IMG/VR virus record: IMGVR_UViG_3300031647_000028
DNA: 34,202 nucleotides
Reading direction: 5' to 3' (one strand)
Origin: a virus
Positions 8,541-15,315 of this stretch are shown here, in pieces. The notes beneath the pieces are model-generated. The model was given only the letters and a program-made list of their open reading frames with translations, had not been told where the DNA came from and did no database searches. Positions within the stretch are counted from its first letter, which is position 1, and the number at the start of each line of letters is the position of its first letter. Position numbers and translations under genes: made by a program.

Positions 8541-10501
8541 TGAACAAACCTATTAATTTCTGTTTCTTGTGCAATCTTTCTGGCATTTGCCATGTTTAAA
8601 GCAGTCTCAGACTTCAAGTGATCCACTTCAGGGAAGTTTCTAGCTGTTTCAGAGTTCTTATTCTGAATATCAGCTTTAGTTTTCTCTAATGCAATAGAAT
8701 CTTTCTGTAATTTAAGTACCTTTTCTTGAATCTTAATCTCATTAGGTGCAAGTTCTTGAGCTTCAGCGTACCACTTAGCAGCCTTGGCTTTCTCTTCTTC
8801 AGTTTCAGCAACAGTTTTCTGAATATCAGCTTGAGCTTGTTGCATCTGTAACTGCATGTGAGCTTGTTCCATCTGTTGAGATTCAGGATTAGGCTGATTA
8901 CCTTGCATAAGTTGCTGAACAATCTGATCTCTGTTGTGCATTGATGAGTTTTGTATCATTGACAACAAAATAACATCGAAAGCAGGTGAATCTTTAGGTA
9001 CTGCCTGAAGCATTTGCACCATTTGGGTCATCTCTAGCTCTTTAGCCATGATTCCCATAGTTGAATACGGTACAAACTTGTAATCAGCTACTGGATAGCG
9101 ATCAACATCAAACTGAATCTTTCTCCACATCGACTTATTGATCATTGGGATCAGGAAAGTGTTCTGGAAATTCATCAAAGTACGCTTTTGACGCTTAATT
9201 GATGCAGATTGAGTCATTGACATACCAGAAGAAGTAGCTCTTTCGGCTGAACCAAGGTCAGCAGAGCCAGTTCCCATCTGTATCATGTTTTGTAATGAGG
9301 CGACCTGGGTATAAGTATTTTGGTCTGTAGTTCCCAAAGTCAGAGGCATGATAGCTTGTCTTGGATCACCATTCGTTAGTATAGTCTTACCTGGTCGAAC
9401 CTCAAACTTTACACCCCTTGGTAATCTGGTCGCATCTGCTGCCATCATAGGAGTGGTCGTTAGGGCAAGAGAGTCGATTCTAGCTCGCATCTCTGTATCA
9501 AGTGCTTTTTGAGGGTTGTAACCCTTCTCACAAACACCTCTTCCCCAGAATTTATTAGGAACAATGTCATGCTGGTAGACAATGAAAGGTCTATCTTTCA
9601 TCATGAACGCATTTTCTTCAGCTCTAAGGATATATTCGTCATTAACAATCGTTACAACTGCTTCAACTAGCTCATCTTTAGCTTTATTAGTGTATTCAAA
9701 GTCGTCTTGATCTTTTGATTTAGTTAAAAATCTCTTAGGTACTAAACCCCAATACTCGGTAATCTTAACCGAATCGCCTTCGTCAGCTTGCTTAACTTCA
9801 GGGTCGAAGCCAAAGCGAACAGTGTCATAATCACCATCAAGGGGAACATCACGATAAATACCAGACTTAATACCAGACACAACATGATGTCTCGGCTTAA
9901 TAACTTCATGCGCACAACCAAGTGCTTCCTTGATAGAGTTAGCTGATGGATCAATTAAGAACTCCTTAGGAGAAATAGGCTCGATTTTCACATCTATTGA
10001 TGGAATTTCTTTTAATGTACGAGTTGTAGTCATCGTTCCTTCTACAGGTTCTTCCGATGGCACTCTTTCTATGTTCTGTTCAACAACAATCTTACCAATA
10101 CCAGTACCGTAGATAGCAGCATTAAGGAATACCTCGCAGATAGCGTCTTTAGCACCAGTCTTTTCAAGGTCTTCTTGTAATAGGTTACGAATGTACTCAA
10201 CATCTGAAGGATCTGTGTCCAACATATCGTCTTGAATGTCAAACCACTTGCCACGACCGAACGTAGCTTCTTCTAATTCAGCAACTGATGCCTCGACCGC
10301 TTGTTGTAAAGCAGGAGATATGATTCTTGACTTCTCTGAAGAGCGTAATCTGTCTGAACCAACCCAGATACCACGCCAAAGTCGGTAATATTCATCCCAC
10401 TTATCAACATAGTTCATATCACGATGATCACGCCATCCTTCTAGTCTATATGTAAGCCAAGATGCTAGAGCTTTATACTGAGTTTCTTTCTGATCGAACA
10501 T
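8537..10501 (-). CDS. Portal protein
   Basis: 654 aa, directly downstream of TerL. Size and position are typical, and the C-terminus is a Gln/Glu-rich coiled tail. Confidence 0.7.
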   Translation of the reverse strand: MFDQKETQYKALASWLTYRLEGWRDHRDMNYVDKWDEYYRLWRGIWVGSDRLRSSEKSRIISPALQQAVEASVAELEEATFGRGKWFDIQDDMLDTDPSDVEYIRNLLQEDLEKTGAKDAICEVFLNAAIYGTGIGKIVVEQNIERVPSEEPVEGTMTTTRTLKEIPSIDVKIEPISPKEFLIDPSANSIKEALGCAHEVIKPRHHVVSGIKSGIYRDVPLDGDYDTVRFGFDPEVKQADEGDSVKITEYWGLVPKRFLTKSKDQDDFEYTNKAKDELVEAVVTIVNDEYILRAEENAFMMKDRPFIVYQHDIVPNKFWGRGVCEKGYNPQKALDTEMRARIDSLALTTTPMMAADATRLPRGVKFEVRPGKTILTNGDPRQAIMPLTLGTTDQNTYTQVASLQNMIQMGTGSADLGSAERATSSGMSMTQSASIKRQKRTLMNFQNTFLIPMINKSMWRKIQFDVDRYPVADYKFVPYSTMGIMAKELEMTQMVQMLQAVPKDSPAFDVILLSMIQNSSMHNRDQIVQQLMQGNQPNPESQQMEQAHMQLQMQQAQADIQKTVAETEEEKAKAAKWYAEAQELAPNEIKIQEKVLKLQKDSIALEKTKADIQNKNSETARNFPEVDHLKSETALNMANARKIAQETEINRFVQ

Positions 10502-10574
10502 AAGTGTTTGATTTCTCTAGGAATTTAGGCGTAATATATCATAAACGCAATTAAAAAGGAGACTTTCTTTATAT

Positions 10575-11825
10575 TTAATATCCTGCGACCTCATCTTCAG
10601 GCTGCCAATCGTCTTCAAGCTCGATTGTGTGGGCGAAATCAGCAACAGACACTTGATCAATGTACGCAAGAGCGTCCAACATATCATCATGTGATAATCT
10701 ATTAGGGAAATCAACCATCTGAGAGATAAACGGTCGCCAATCTCTATCTTCATTGAACGATATTTGACCATGTTCCATTCTACCTTGTAAAGACCATACA
10801 ATTCTGTCAGCCTTTTTCTTACCACCATGTCTCATCTCAATAATCGATACATATTGACCTTGTGTTCGCATCTCATCCTCTAAATAAGGCAAGATAGCGT
10901 TCTTCAGCGAACCAGTTTCAATACCAACAGTCGAAGATTCAACAATTACCGCAGATGTAAGTATCTTTCTAGCTGTTTCCTTGATATTCCAACGACCATG
11001 TAGTATATCTTTAACCCACCACTTGTCTCTATCTATCTTAACAATAGCAATAGCAGTTTCATCAAGTCTTGATCGTTTCAAATTACGTTCTTTCTCAATA
11101 GCTTCAAATCCAGCAGGATCAATAGCAATAACATACGACCCCTCTTCTGGTTCTTCTGCTGTTTTAAACCATTCCTCTTTAAACACACCACCAGAGAAGG
11201 TTTCAAAGGATGCTTCAAACTCTTGACGAAATGACATAGACGACATAGAGTCTCTTGCAGCTTCAATTTCATCATCAGGAATAAACGGGTTATCAGTTGA
11301 GTTAAACTGGAAGGCTTCCCAGTCATCTAGCTTCATTGCATCTTGATAAACGTCATAGAAGTGATTCTTACCTGCTGGAGTACCAATAAACATAGCACCA
11401 CCACGAACGTCCGCAAGAGTAGGTCGAATAATCTGTTCCCACACGTTAGGTTTCATAGAAGCGTACTCATCTAGTACAACATAAGCCAAACCAACACCAC
11501 GCAATGTATCAGGTCTATCAGATCCTTTCAAATAGATCTTCCTACCGTTTACAAGCGTTAATACAGCAGTGTTCTCATGAGCAGCAACGATCAAATCTTC
11601 ACCTAGCTCTTTTAACATCGCCCACATAATGTCTTTAGATTGTTGAAACGTAGGACCAATATAAAACACGTCTTTTGAATCAGACTGTAAAGCTTTAATT
11701 AACAAGATCCAAGCAGCAAGCCTAGACTTACCGAATCTACGTCCAGCAGCCACAGCTTTAAATCTAGCAGTTGAATTGAATATCTCTAACTGAGCAGGAT
11801 GAAGGTCAACGTTTAATTCAGGCAT
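10575..11825 (-). CDS. terL: Terminase large subunit
   Basis: Walker A-like AAGRRFGKS, Walker B-like VVLDEYAS, and a C-terminal nuclease-like IAIDPAG...D motif. 416 aa. Confidence 0.85.
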   Translation of the reverse strand: MPELNVDLHPAQLEIFNSTARFKAVAAGRRFGKSRLAAWILLIKALQSDSKDVFYIGPTFQQSKDIMWAMLKELGEDLIVAAHENTAVLTLVNGRKIYLKGSDRPDTLRGVGLAYVVLDEYASMKPNVWEQIIRPTLADVRGGAMFIGTPAGKNHFYDVYQDAMKLDDWEAFQFNSTDNPFIPDDEIEAARDSMSSMSFRQEFEASFETFSGGVFKEEWFKTAEEPEEGSYVIAIDPAGFEAIEKERNLKRSRLDETAIAIVKIDRDKWWVKDILHGRWNIKETARKILTSAVIVESSTVGIETGSLKNAILPYLEDEMRTQGQYVSIIEMRHGGKKKADRIVWSLQGRMEHGQISFNEDRDWRPFISQMVDFPNRLSHDDMLDALAYIDQVSVADFAHTIELEDDWQPEDEVAGY

Positions 11826-11925
11826 CCTTCTTTTCCTTTTGTTCTTTAACTAACTTCCTAAGCTTTTCAAGTAGCTTACTTTGCCTAGCTTGTCTAGCCC
11901 AGTAATTTTCAGGTAGTTCATTCAC
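11818..11925 (-). CDS. Possible 35-aa GTG-start ORF bridging terS-like and terL
   Basis: VNELPENYWARQARQSKLLEKLRKLVKEQKEKKDA. The GTG overlaps the upstream TGA, and its TGA overlaps the TerL ATG (ATGCCTGA). No clear SD. Confidence 0.2.
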   Translation of the reverse strand: MNELPENYWARQARQSKLLEKLRKLVKEQKEKKDA

Positions 11926-12308
11926 TCTATAACCTCACCTACTTCAATTATCAAATCATCATCTTGCTTAGTTTTAGGATTAACAAGTTTAGCAGGATCA
12001 GTATCAGCTATCTTAGCCTCTATTCCAGTAGAAGCACCAACATTAATAATAATCTTAGAGTCTTGTTTTGTTCTACTAGGATCAACAGCTTTATGAACAG
12101 GCAAGATACGATCAATACACATCTTCAAACAATGAACATCACCATCCATAGCCATATCAACAATCTTCTGTACGATGTCAGGCCCTTTCTCGGTCATCAT
12201 TTCTCTAGCTAGTAGTGTGTACTTGTTACGAATACCCTTAGGTCTTCCTAAAGGATTCATAGCCTTACCCTTCACCATTGCAGGATTACCACGTCTTTTC
12301 TCTGTCAT
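11922..12308 (-). CDS. Putative terminase small subunit / DNA-binding protein
   Basis: 128 aa, first gene of the late operon and immediately upstream of terL. It has a basic N-terminus RRGNPAMVKGKAMNPLGRPKGIRNK. GGGAG lies upstream of the ATG. Confidence 0.4.
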   Translation of the reverse strand: MTEKRRGNPAMVKGKAMNPLGRPKGIRNKYTLLAREMMTEKGPDIVQKIVDMAMDGDVHCLKMCIDRILPVHKAVDPSRTKQDSKIIINVGASTGIEAKIADTDPAKLVNPKTKQDDDLIIEVGEVIE

Positions 12309-12395
12309 TTAATTATCTCCCTGTAAGAGGTTAAAGTATCATTATTATATACTGAAGCAAATACATAAACATAAACAATATCAATATATTATGAC

Positions 12396-12424
12396 TTGAC
12401 AGTATTCGTTTCGTCAGCTAAAAT
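12396..12424 (+). promoter_or_regulatory. Near-consensus sigma70-type promoter facing ORF-free DNA
   Basis: TTGACA (12396-12401), 17-nt spacer, TAAAAT (12419-12424). Confidence 0.45.
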
Positions 12425-12753
12425 CCTTCTTAACTAGTTAGCCAACACATAGTAGTAATCACTTATCCCTTCTAAAGCTAACATAGTTAATGCGGATAGC
12501 CTCTTATGGCTATATTCCCATTTCTCCTCTTTTTTGAAATCCCGTTTTTTCTGTCTTGGGTATAGCATCCATTACTGCAAGCAAGCAAGTGAGCCTCCCC
12601 CTATCGATTAGCTTAAAAGCTAAAAAGATACACTCTTAAACATAGCTTAAAGCCTTACATAGCACCGATTAAACGCCAGCTTACACAATATGAGAGATAA
12701 AAAGAAAATGAGTAGGATTAGCAACCCAGGCTTATTTACTCCAAACCCTTATA

Positions 12754-12949
12754 GATCCTGGCTAACAATTAACTAAGCATCTACTAATCTTATTGATCTA
12801 ATGATCCTGGCCTTCATAGATCACTTAATCCTGGTTGATCTCTTCTAACTGATCAACTTCTATTCATTCCAGATCGTATGATCCTGGATCGTTTTATCTT
12901 TGATCGTAGCTAATTTATCTTTTATCGGAGCAAAAACGCTTGATCCTGG
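12754..12949 (+). repeat. Five dispersed GATCCTGG-type 8-mers (iteron-like)
   Basis: GATCCTGG at 12754, 12803, 12880 and 12942; AATCCTGG at 12827. All are in the same orientation. Each fuses a GATC and a CCWGG site. Confidence 0.8.
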
Positions 12950-12958
12950 ATTGATTTA

Positions 12959-13027
12959 ACTTCCAAAAACCATTTGACAGACTTCCAGAAGTTTAATTTA
13001 ACTTCCTACATGACTTCCAATGCTTCC
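12959..13027 (+). repeat. ACTTCC short direct repeats
   Basis: ACTTCC at 12959, 12981, 13001 and 13013; GCTTCC at 13022. TTTAACTTCC occurs twice. TTGACAG at 12974. Confidence 0.7.
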
Positions 13028-13040
13028 CAGGCTTTAAAAA

Positions 13041-13082
13041 TTACCAGGTATTGATCAAACTATTTACCAGGCTATGATCAAA
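13041..13082 (+). repeat. Two 19-nt direct repeats TTACCAGG-NNN-TGATCAAA, 23-bp period
   Basis: 13041-13059 ttaccaggtattgatcaaa and 13064-13082 ttaccaggctatgatcaaa. Confidence 0.8.
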
Positions 13083-13185
13083 AAGTTATTAACAATTATT
13101 AATACAAAATAATGCTTTGACAGTAGTATCTTAACACCTGGCCGCCAAATACTTATCCACTAAGTTATACAAAAGCAACAGGCAC

Positions 13186-13209
13186 AAAAAAACCAGCAAT
13201 TAATGCTGG
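13186..13209 (-). terminator. Rho-independent terminator (minus strand) after the leftward early operon
   Basis: Minus-strand RNA reads CCAGCA-UUAAU-UGCUGG followed by U7. It lies about 100 nt downstream of the stop at 13305. Confidence 0.65.
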
Positions 13210-13304
13210 CTTAATATTCCCCCCTTTTAACTGATCAACTGAATAACTGATCTATTACCGCTTGAATCATTAGATCAACCGCCATTAACGCCTGGATCAA
13301 CTGA

Positions 13305-13628
13305 TCAAGCATTGGCAAACGCTTTTAGATCGTTCAAATGATCTTCCAGGATTTGATCGTTACCCGTTACAAGATCCCAAAAGCCAGGCTTGATCTGATA
13401 CGCTCTCATTCCTACAACCTTTTCGGGGAAGCCTTTATATAATCTCATAATGTTTGATCCATCTGCATGAGCCATAGTCAAAGATAGTTTATTTTCAAAC
13501 CCTCCCAGGCCTCCAAACTGCCAACCTTTCAAAAAGTTAATATCGCTATCGTTATAAACCTCCTCCAGGCTTGCATTTAGTATCCATGTATCTAAAGCTA
13601 TTAATTTTCTTGTGTTTGATCTTCCCAT
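13305..13628 (-). CDS. Hypothetical 107-aa early protein
   Basis: ORF with a 1-nt overlap to the upstream gene. No recognisable domain. Confidence 0.55.
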   Translation of the reverse strand: MGRSNTRKLIALDTWILNASLEEVYNDSDINFLKGWQFGGLGGFENKLSLTMAHADGSNIMRLYKGFPEKVVGMRAYQIKPGFWDLVTGNDQILEDHLNDLKAFANA

Positions 13629-13816
13629 TACATGCCCGCCTTTATTATTAGTAGTTGATCTAATACACTTTGTTTAGATCCTTTTAAGTTATATTCCACC
13701 TTTGCCATTTTATAAGCCGAAGTGCCTGATTTTTTCATACCTAAAATTTCAAGCTTTAGCGCCTGGATCAAAGATAGAAACCTAAAACAATTAATTTCTT
13801 TTTGTTTAATTAACAT
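13628..13816 (-). CDS. Hypothetical 62-aa early protein
   Basis: ORF with 1-nt overlaps on both sides. Confidence 0.45.
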   Translation of the reverse strand: MLIKQKEINCFRFLSLIQALKLEILGMKKSGTSAYKMAKVEYNLKGSKQSVLDQLLIIKAGM

Positions 13817-14097
13817 TAGTTAACCTCCGTTATTGAATTGATCAATGCATCTTGTAAATGGATCGTTGCAAGTGTTTCGCTGTTAATACTTTGAAACGTG
13901 TATCCGATGTTATCGGCCAGGTTAAAAGACTCTACCAGGCTTGCATCATTTTCGGCCAGGTATTGCATTGCCTTATGGTAGTAAATTATCTCTTGCTCCT
14001 GGCACCACTCTATCGCTTGATCGTAATCTTCAAACTTCATAATTTCACCGTGATATGTATCATCTACTGAGTAACTTTCTTTTATATCGTTTTGCAT
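13816..14097 (-). CDS. Hypothetical strongly acidic 93-aa early protein
   Basis: GGAG upstream of the ATG. About 18 D/E versus 3 K and 0 R by my count. Confidence 0.55.
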   Translation of the reverse strand: MQNDIKESYSVDDTYHGEIMKFEDYDQAIEWCQEQEIIYYHKAMQYLAENDASLVESFNLADNIGYTFQSINSETLATIHLQDALINSITEVN

Positions 14098-14146
14098 AAT
14101 CTAATCTCCATGATTAAAAACAAGATCAAAATTGATCCATGCCGAA

Positions 14147-14180
14147 ATTATAACCTGGCCTGGCCTGGCATATTATTCAA
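14147..14180 (-). promoter_or_regulatory. Promoter-like element with a 22-nt spacer made of three abutting CCWGG sites
   Basis: On the minus strand: TTGAAT (14180-14175), then a 22-nt spacer containing GCCAGGCCAGGCCAGG, then TATAAT (14152-14147). It lies upstream of the 93-aa gene. Confidence 0.3.
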
Positions 14181-14222
14181 TTTGAAATATTAATTTTATT
14201 AAAAATCCCTATGTTACGGGCG

Positions 14223-14257
14223 AAAAAAAACCCACCTTAGTAAAAACTTTAGGCGGG
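14223..14257 (-). terminator. Rho-independent terminator (minus strand) inside the leftward early operon
   Basis: Minus-strand RNA stem CCCGCCU/AGGUGGG (7 bp, one G-U pair) followed by U8. Confidence 0.6.
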
Positions 14258-14258
14258 C

Positions 14259-14313
14259 TTTACGTTAACCGTTACGTGATCGTTACGTTGGCGTTACGTT
14301 GGCGTTACACGTT
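14259..14313 (+). repeat. Five CGTTACGT-like units with an exact 11-bp period
   Basis: Units start at 14259 (tttacgtt), 14270, 14281 and 14292 (cgttacgt), and 14303 (cgttacacgt). The array overlaps the last codons and stop of the 87-aa ORF. Confidence 0.85.
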
Positions 14314-14557
14314 GACCAGGTTGTAAGTTACCGTTGCTAGGGATCACGGGCATATCATCAAAGGGAGTGAAAAACACTCCGCCTTCATTACCCTCATCAT
14401 CACAGCTTGCCAAAATATACGTGCCATCAGTAAAGATAATCATCGGAGCAGATTTATTCCAACCCAAATTCTTTAGATCCCTGGTAGTGGTGTATTCAAT
14501 TTTTTCAACTATCTTGCCTTCAAACAATTTAGTTGCATCTCCAATCCAATCTCTCAT
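14294..14557 (-). CDS. Hypothetical 87-aa early protein
   Basis: ORF with a 4-nt overlap to the upstream gene. No recognisable domain. Confidence 0.55.
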   Translation of the reverse strand: MRDWIGDATKLFEGKIVEKIEYTTTRDLKNLGWNKSAPMIIFTDGTYILASCDDEGNEGGVFFTPFDDMPVIPSNGNLQPGQRVTPT

Positions 14558-14892
14558 AGTCTGATCTCCATTGATCCACCAAAAGGTTTAACACAGCCAC
14601 TTCCTGGAGAATAATACCAAACAAAATCTTTTTGGAATATATGGCCTAAATTCAAATGATCAAGAATACCATTCAATCGCTCTTTAGTAGTTACGGTTTG
14701 CCAACCTCCATCACTAAGCGTTATTGTTTTTCTCTTTTGGCCAGGATTTTCACTATCATTAAACCAGGCAATAGCGTTACCATGCAATCTCATAACGCCA
14801 TCACTAACACTCATATTTTGCTTATTCATTTTTCTATTATCAAACATTGTTTGAACACTATCTTTAGTTATTTGTCTCATTTTTTGCTCCAT
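14554..14892 (-). CDS. Hypothetical early protein (112 aa; more likely 108 aa from the ATG at 14880)
   Basis: First gene after the leftward promoter. The second in-frame ATG (14880) has GGAG 7 nt upstream, and the first ATG has no SD. Confidence 0.55.
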   Translation of the reverse strand: MEQKMRQITKDSVQTMFDNRKMNKQNMSVSDGVMRLHGNAIAWFNDSENPGQKRKTITLSDGGWQTVTTKERLNGILDHLNLGHIFQKDFVWYYSPGSGCVKPFGGSMEIRL

Positions 14893-14911
14893 GCTTTATT
14901 TAAGAAACCAA

Positions 14912-14939
14912 ATCATACCATGGGTATATACTTTTGCAA
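14912..14939 (-). promoter_or_regulatory. Leftward early promoter (sigma70-like, extended -10)
   Basis: On the minus strand: TTGCAA (14939-14934), 16-nt spacer, TGgTATGAT (-10 at 14917-12). Confidence 0.5.
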
Positions 14940-15015
14940 CACTTAAATTTCAAAATAAAAGTTATACATCAAGTTATACAAGGCTTTGACGCCTTCACTC
15001 CAACCATACGTTACG

Positions 15016-15183
15016 TTATCAACACGTATGTATAAGTAGTTATCCACAATCACGTTAAATTGTTAACAACTAAGGCAAAAGGTAAGAGTTATCCACTTAT
15101 CCACAATCCTATACAATTGTTATCAACAGCTTTATCCACTATGCAAGTCATTGATTTAACAGTAAAAACTGAAGTTATCAACA
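15016..15183 (+). promoter_or_regulatory. Array of seven same-orientation DnaA-box-like 9-mers
   Basis: TTATCCACA at 15040 and 15097 (perfect). TTATCCACT at 15089 and 15132. TTATCAACA at 15016, 15120 and 15175. Confidence 0.7.
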
Positions 15184-15198
15184 GAAAAAGAGGCCACT

Positions 15199-15237
15199 AA
15201 TAATAATAATAATAAAAAAAAGAAAAAAGAAAAAAGA
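15199..15237 (+). repeat. C-free A/T-rich tract (AAT)5-A8-G-A6-G-A6-G-A; candidate DNA-unwinding/bent element
   Basis: Read directly. 39 nt with no C and three G on the plus strand. Confidence 0.6.
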
Positions 15238-15286
15238 TTTAGATCAATCGAACGTTAATCAATTTAAGTTAATTCAGTATATGCTA

Positions 15287-15315
15287 TTGACACACCGTAT
15301 TTAAACGAGTACAAT
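15287..15315 (+). promoter_or_regulatory. Rightward early promoter (sigma70-like)
   Basis: TTGACA (15287-15292), 17-nt spacer, TACAAT (15310-15315). Confidence 0.6.

Noticed and set aside
10517-10828. 103-aa minus-strand ORF overlapping the 3' end of terL. Other nested or antisense ORFs occur at 6802-7083, 7549-7740, 8686-8922, 9742-10254, 10981-11326 and 11964-12212.
   Set aside because: They are alternative-frame or antisense ORFs inside strong CDSs, with no start signals and odd composition.
12425-12720. tRNA or other classical RNA gene downstream of the plus-strand promoter
   Set aside because: I could not find a cloverleaf, a GTTCGAATC-type T-loop or anticodon-stem geometry by eye. The finding is kept only as a possible ncRNA hypothesis.
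12754-13082. The short direct-repeat arrays as a CRISPR array
   Set aside because: The repeats are 6-19 nt with irregular 9-62 nt spacing, which is far from 25-40 nt repeats with uniform spacers. No cas genes are present.
13858-14946. Plus-strand ORFs 13858-14070, 14334-14564 and 14656-14946, antisense to the leftward early genes
   Set aside because: The minus-strand ORFs form a coupled operon with a promoter, SDs and terminators. The plus-strand ORFs lack all of these.
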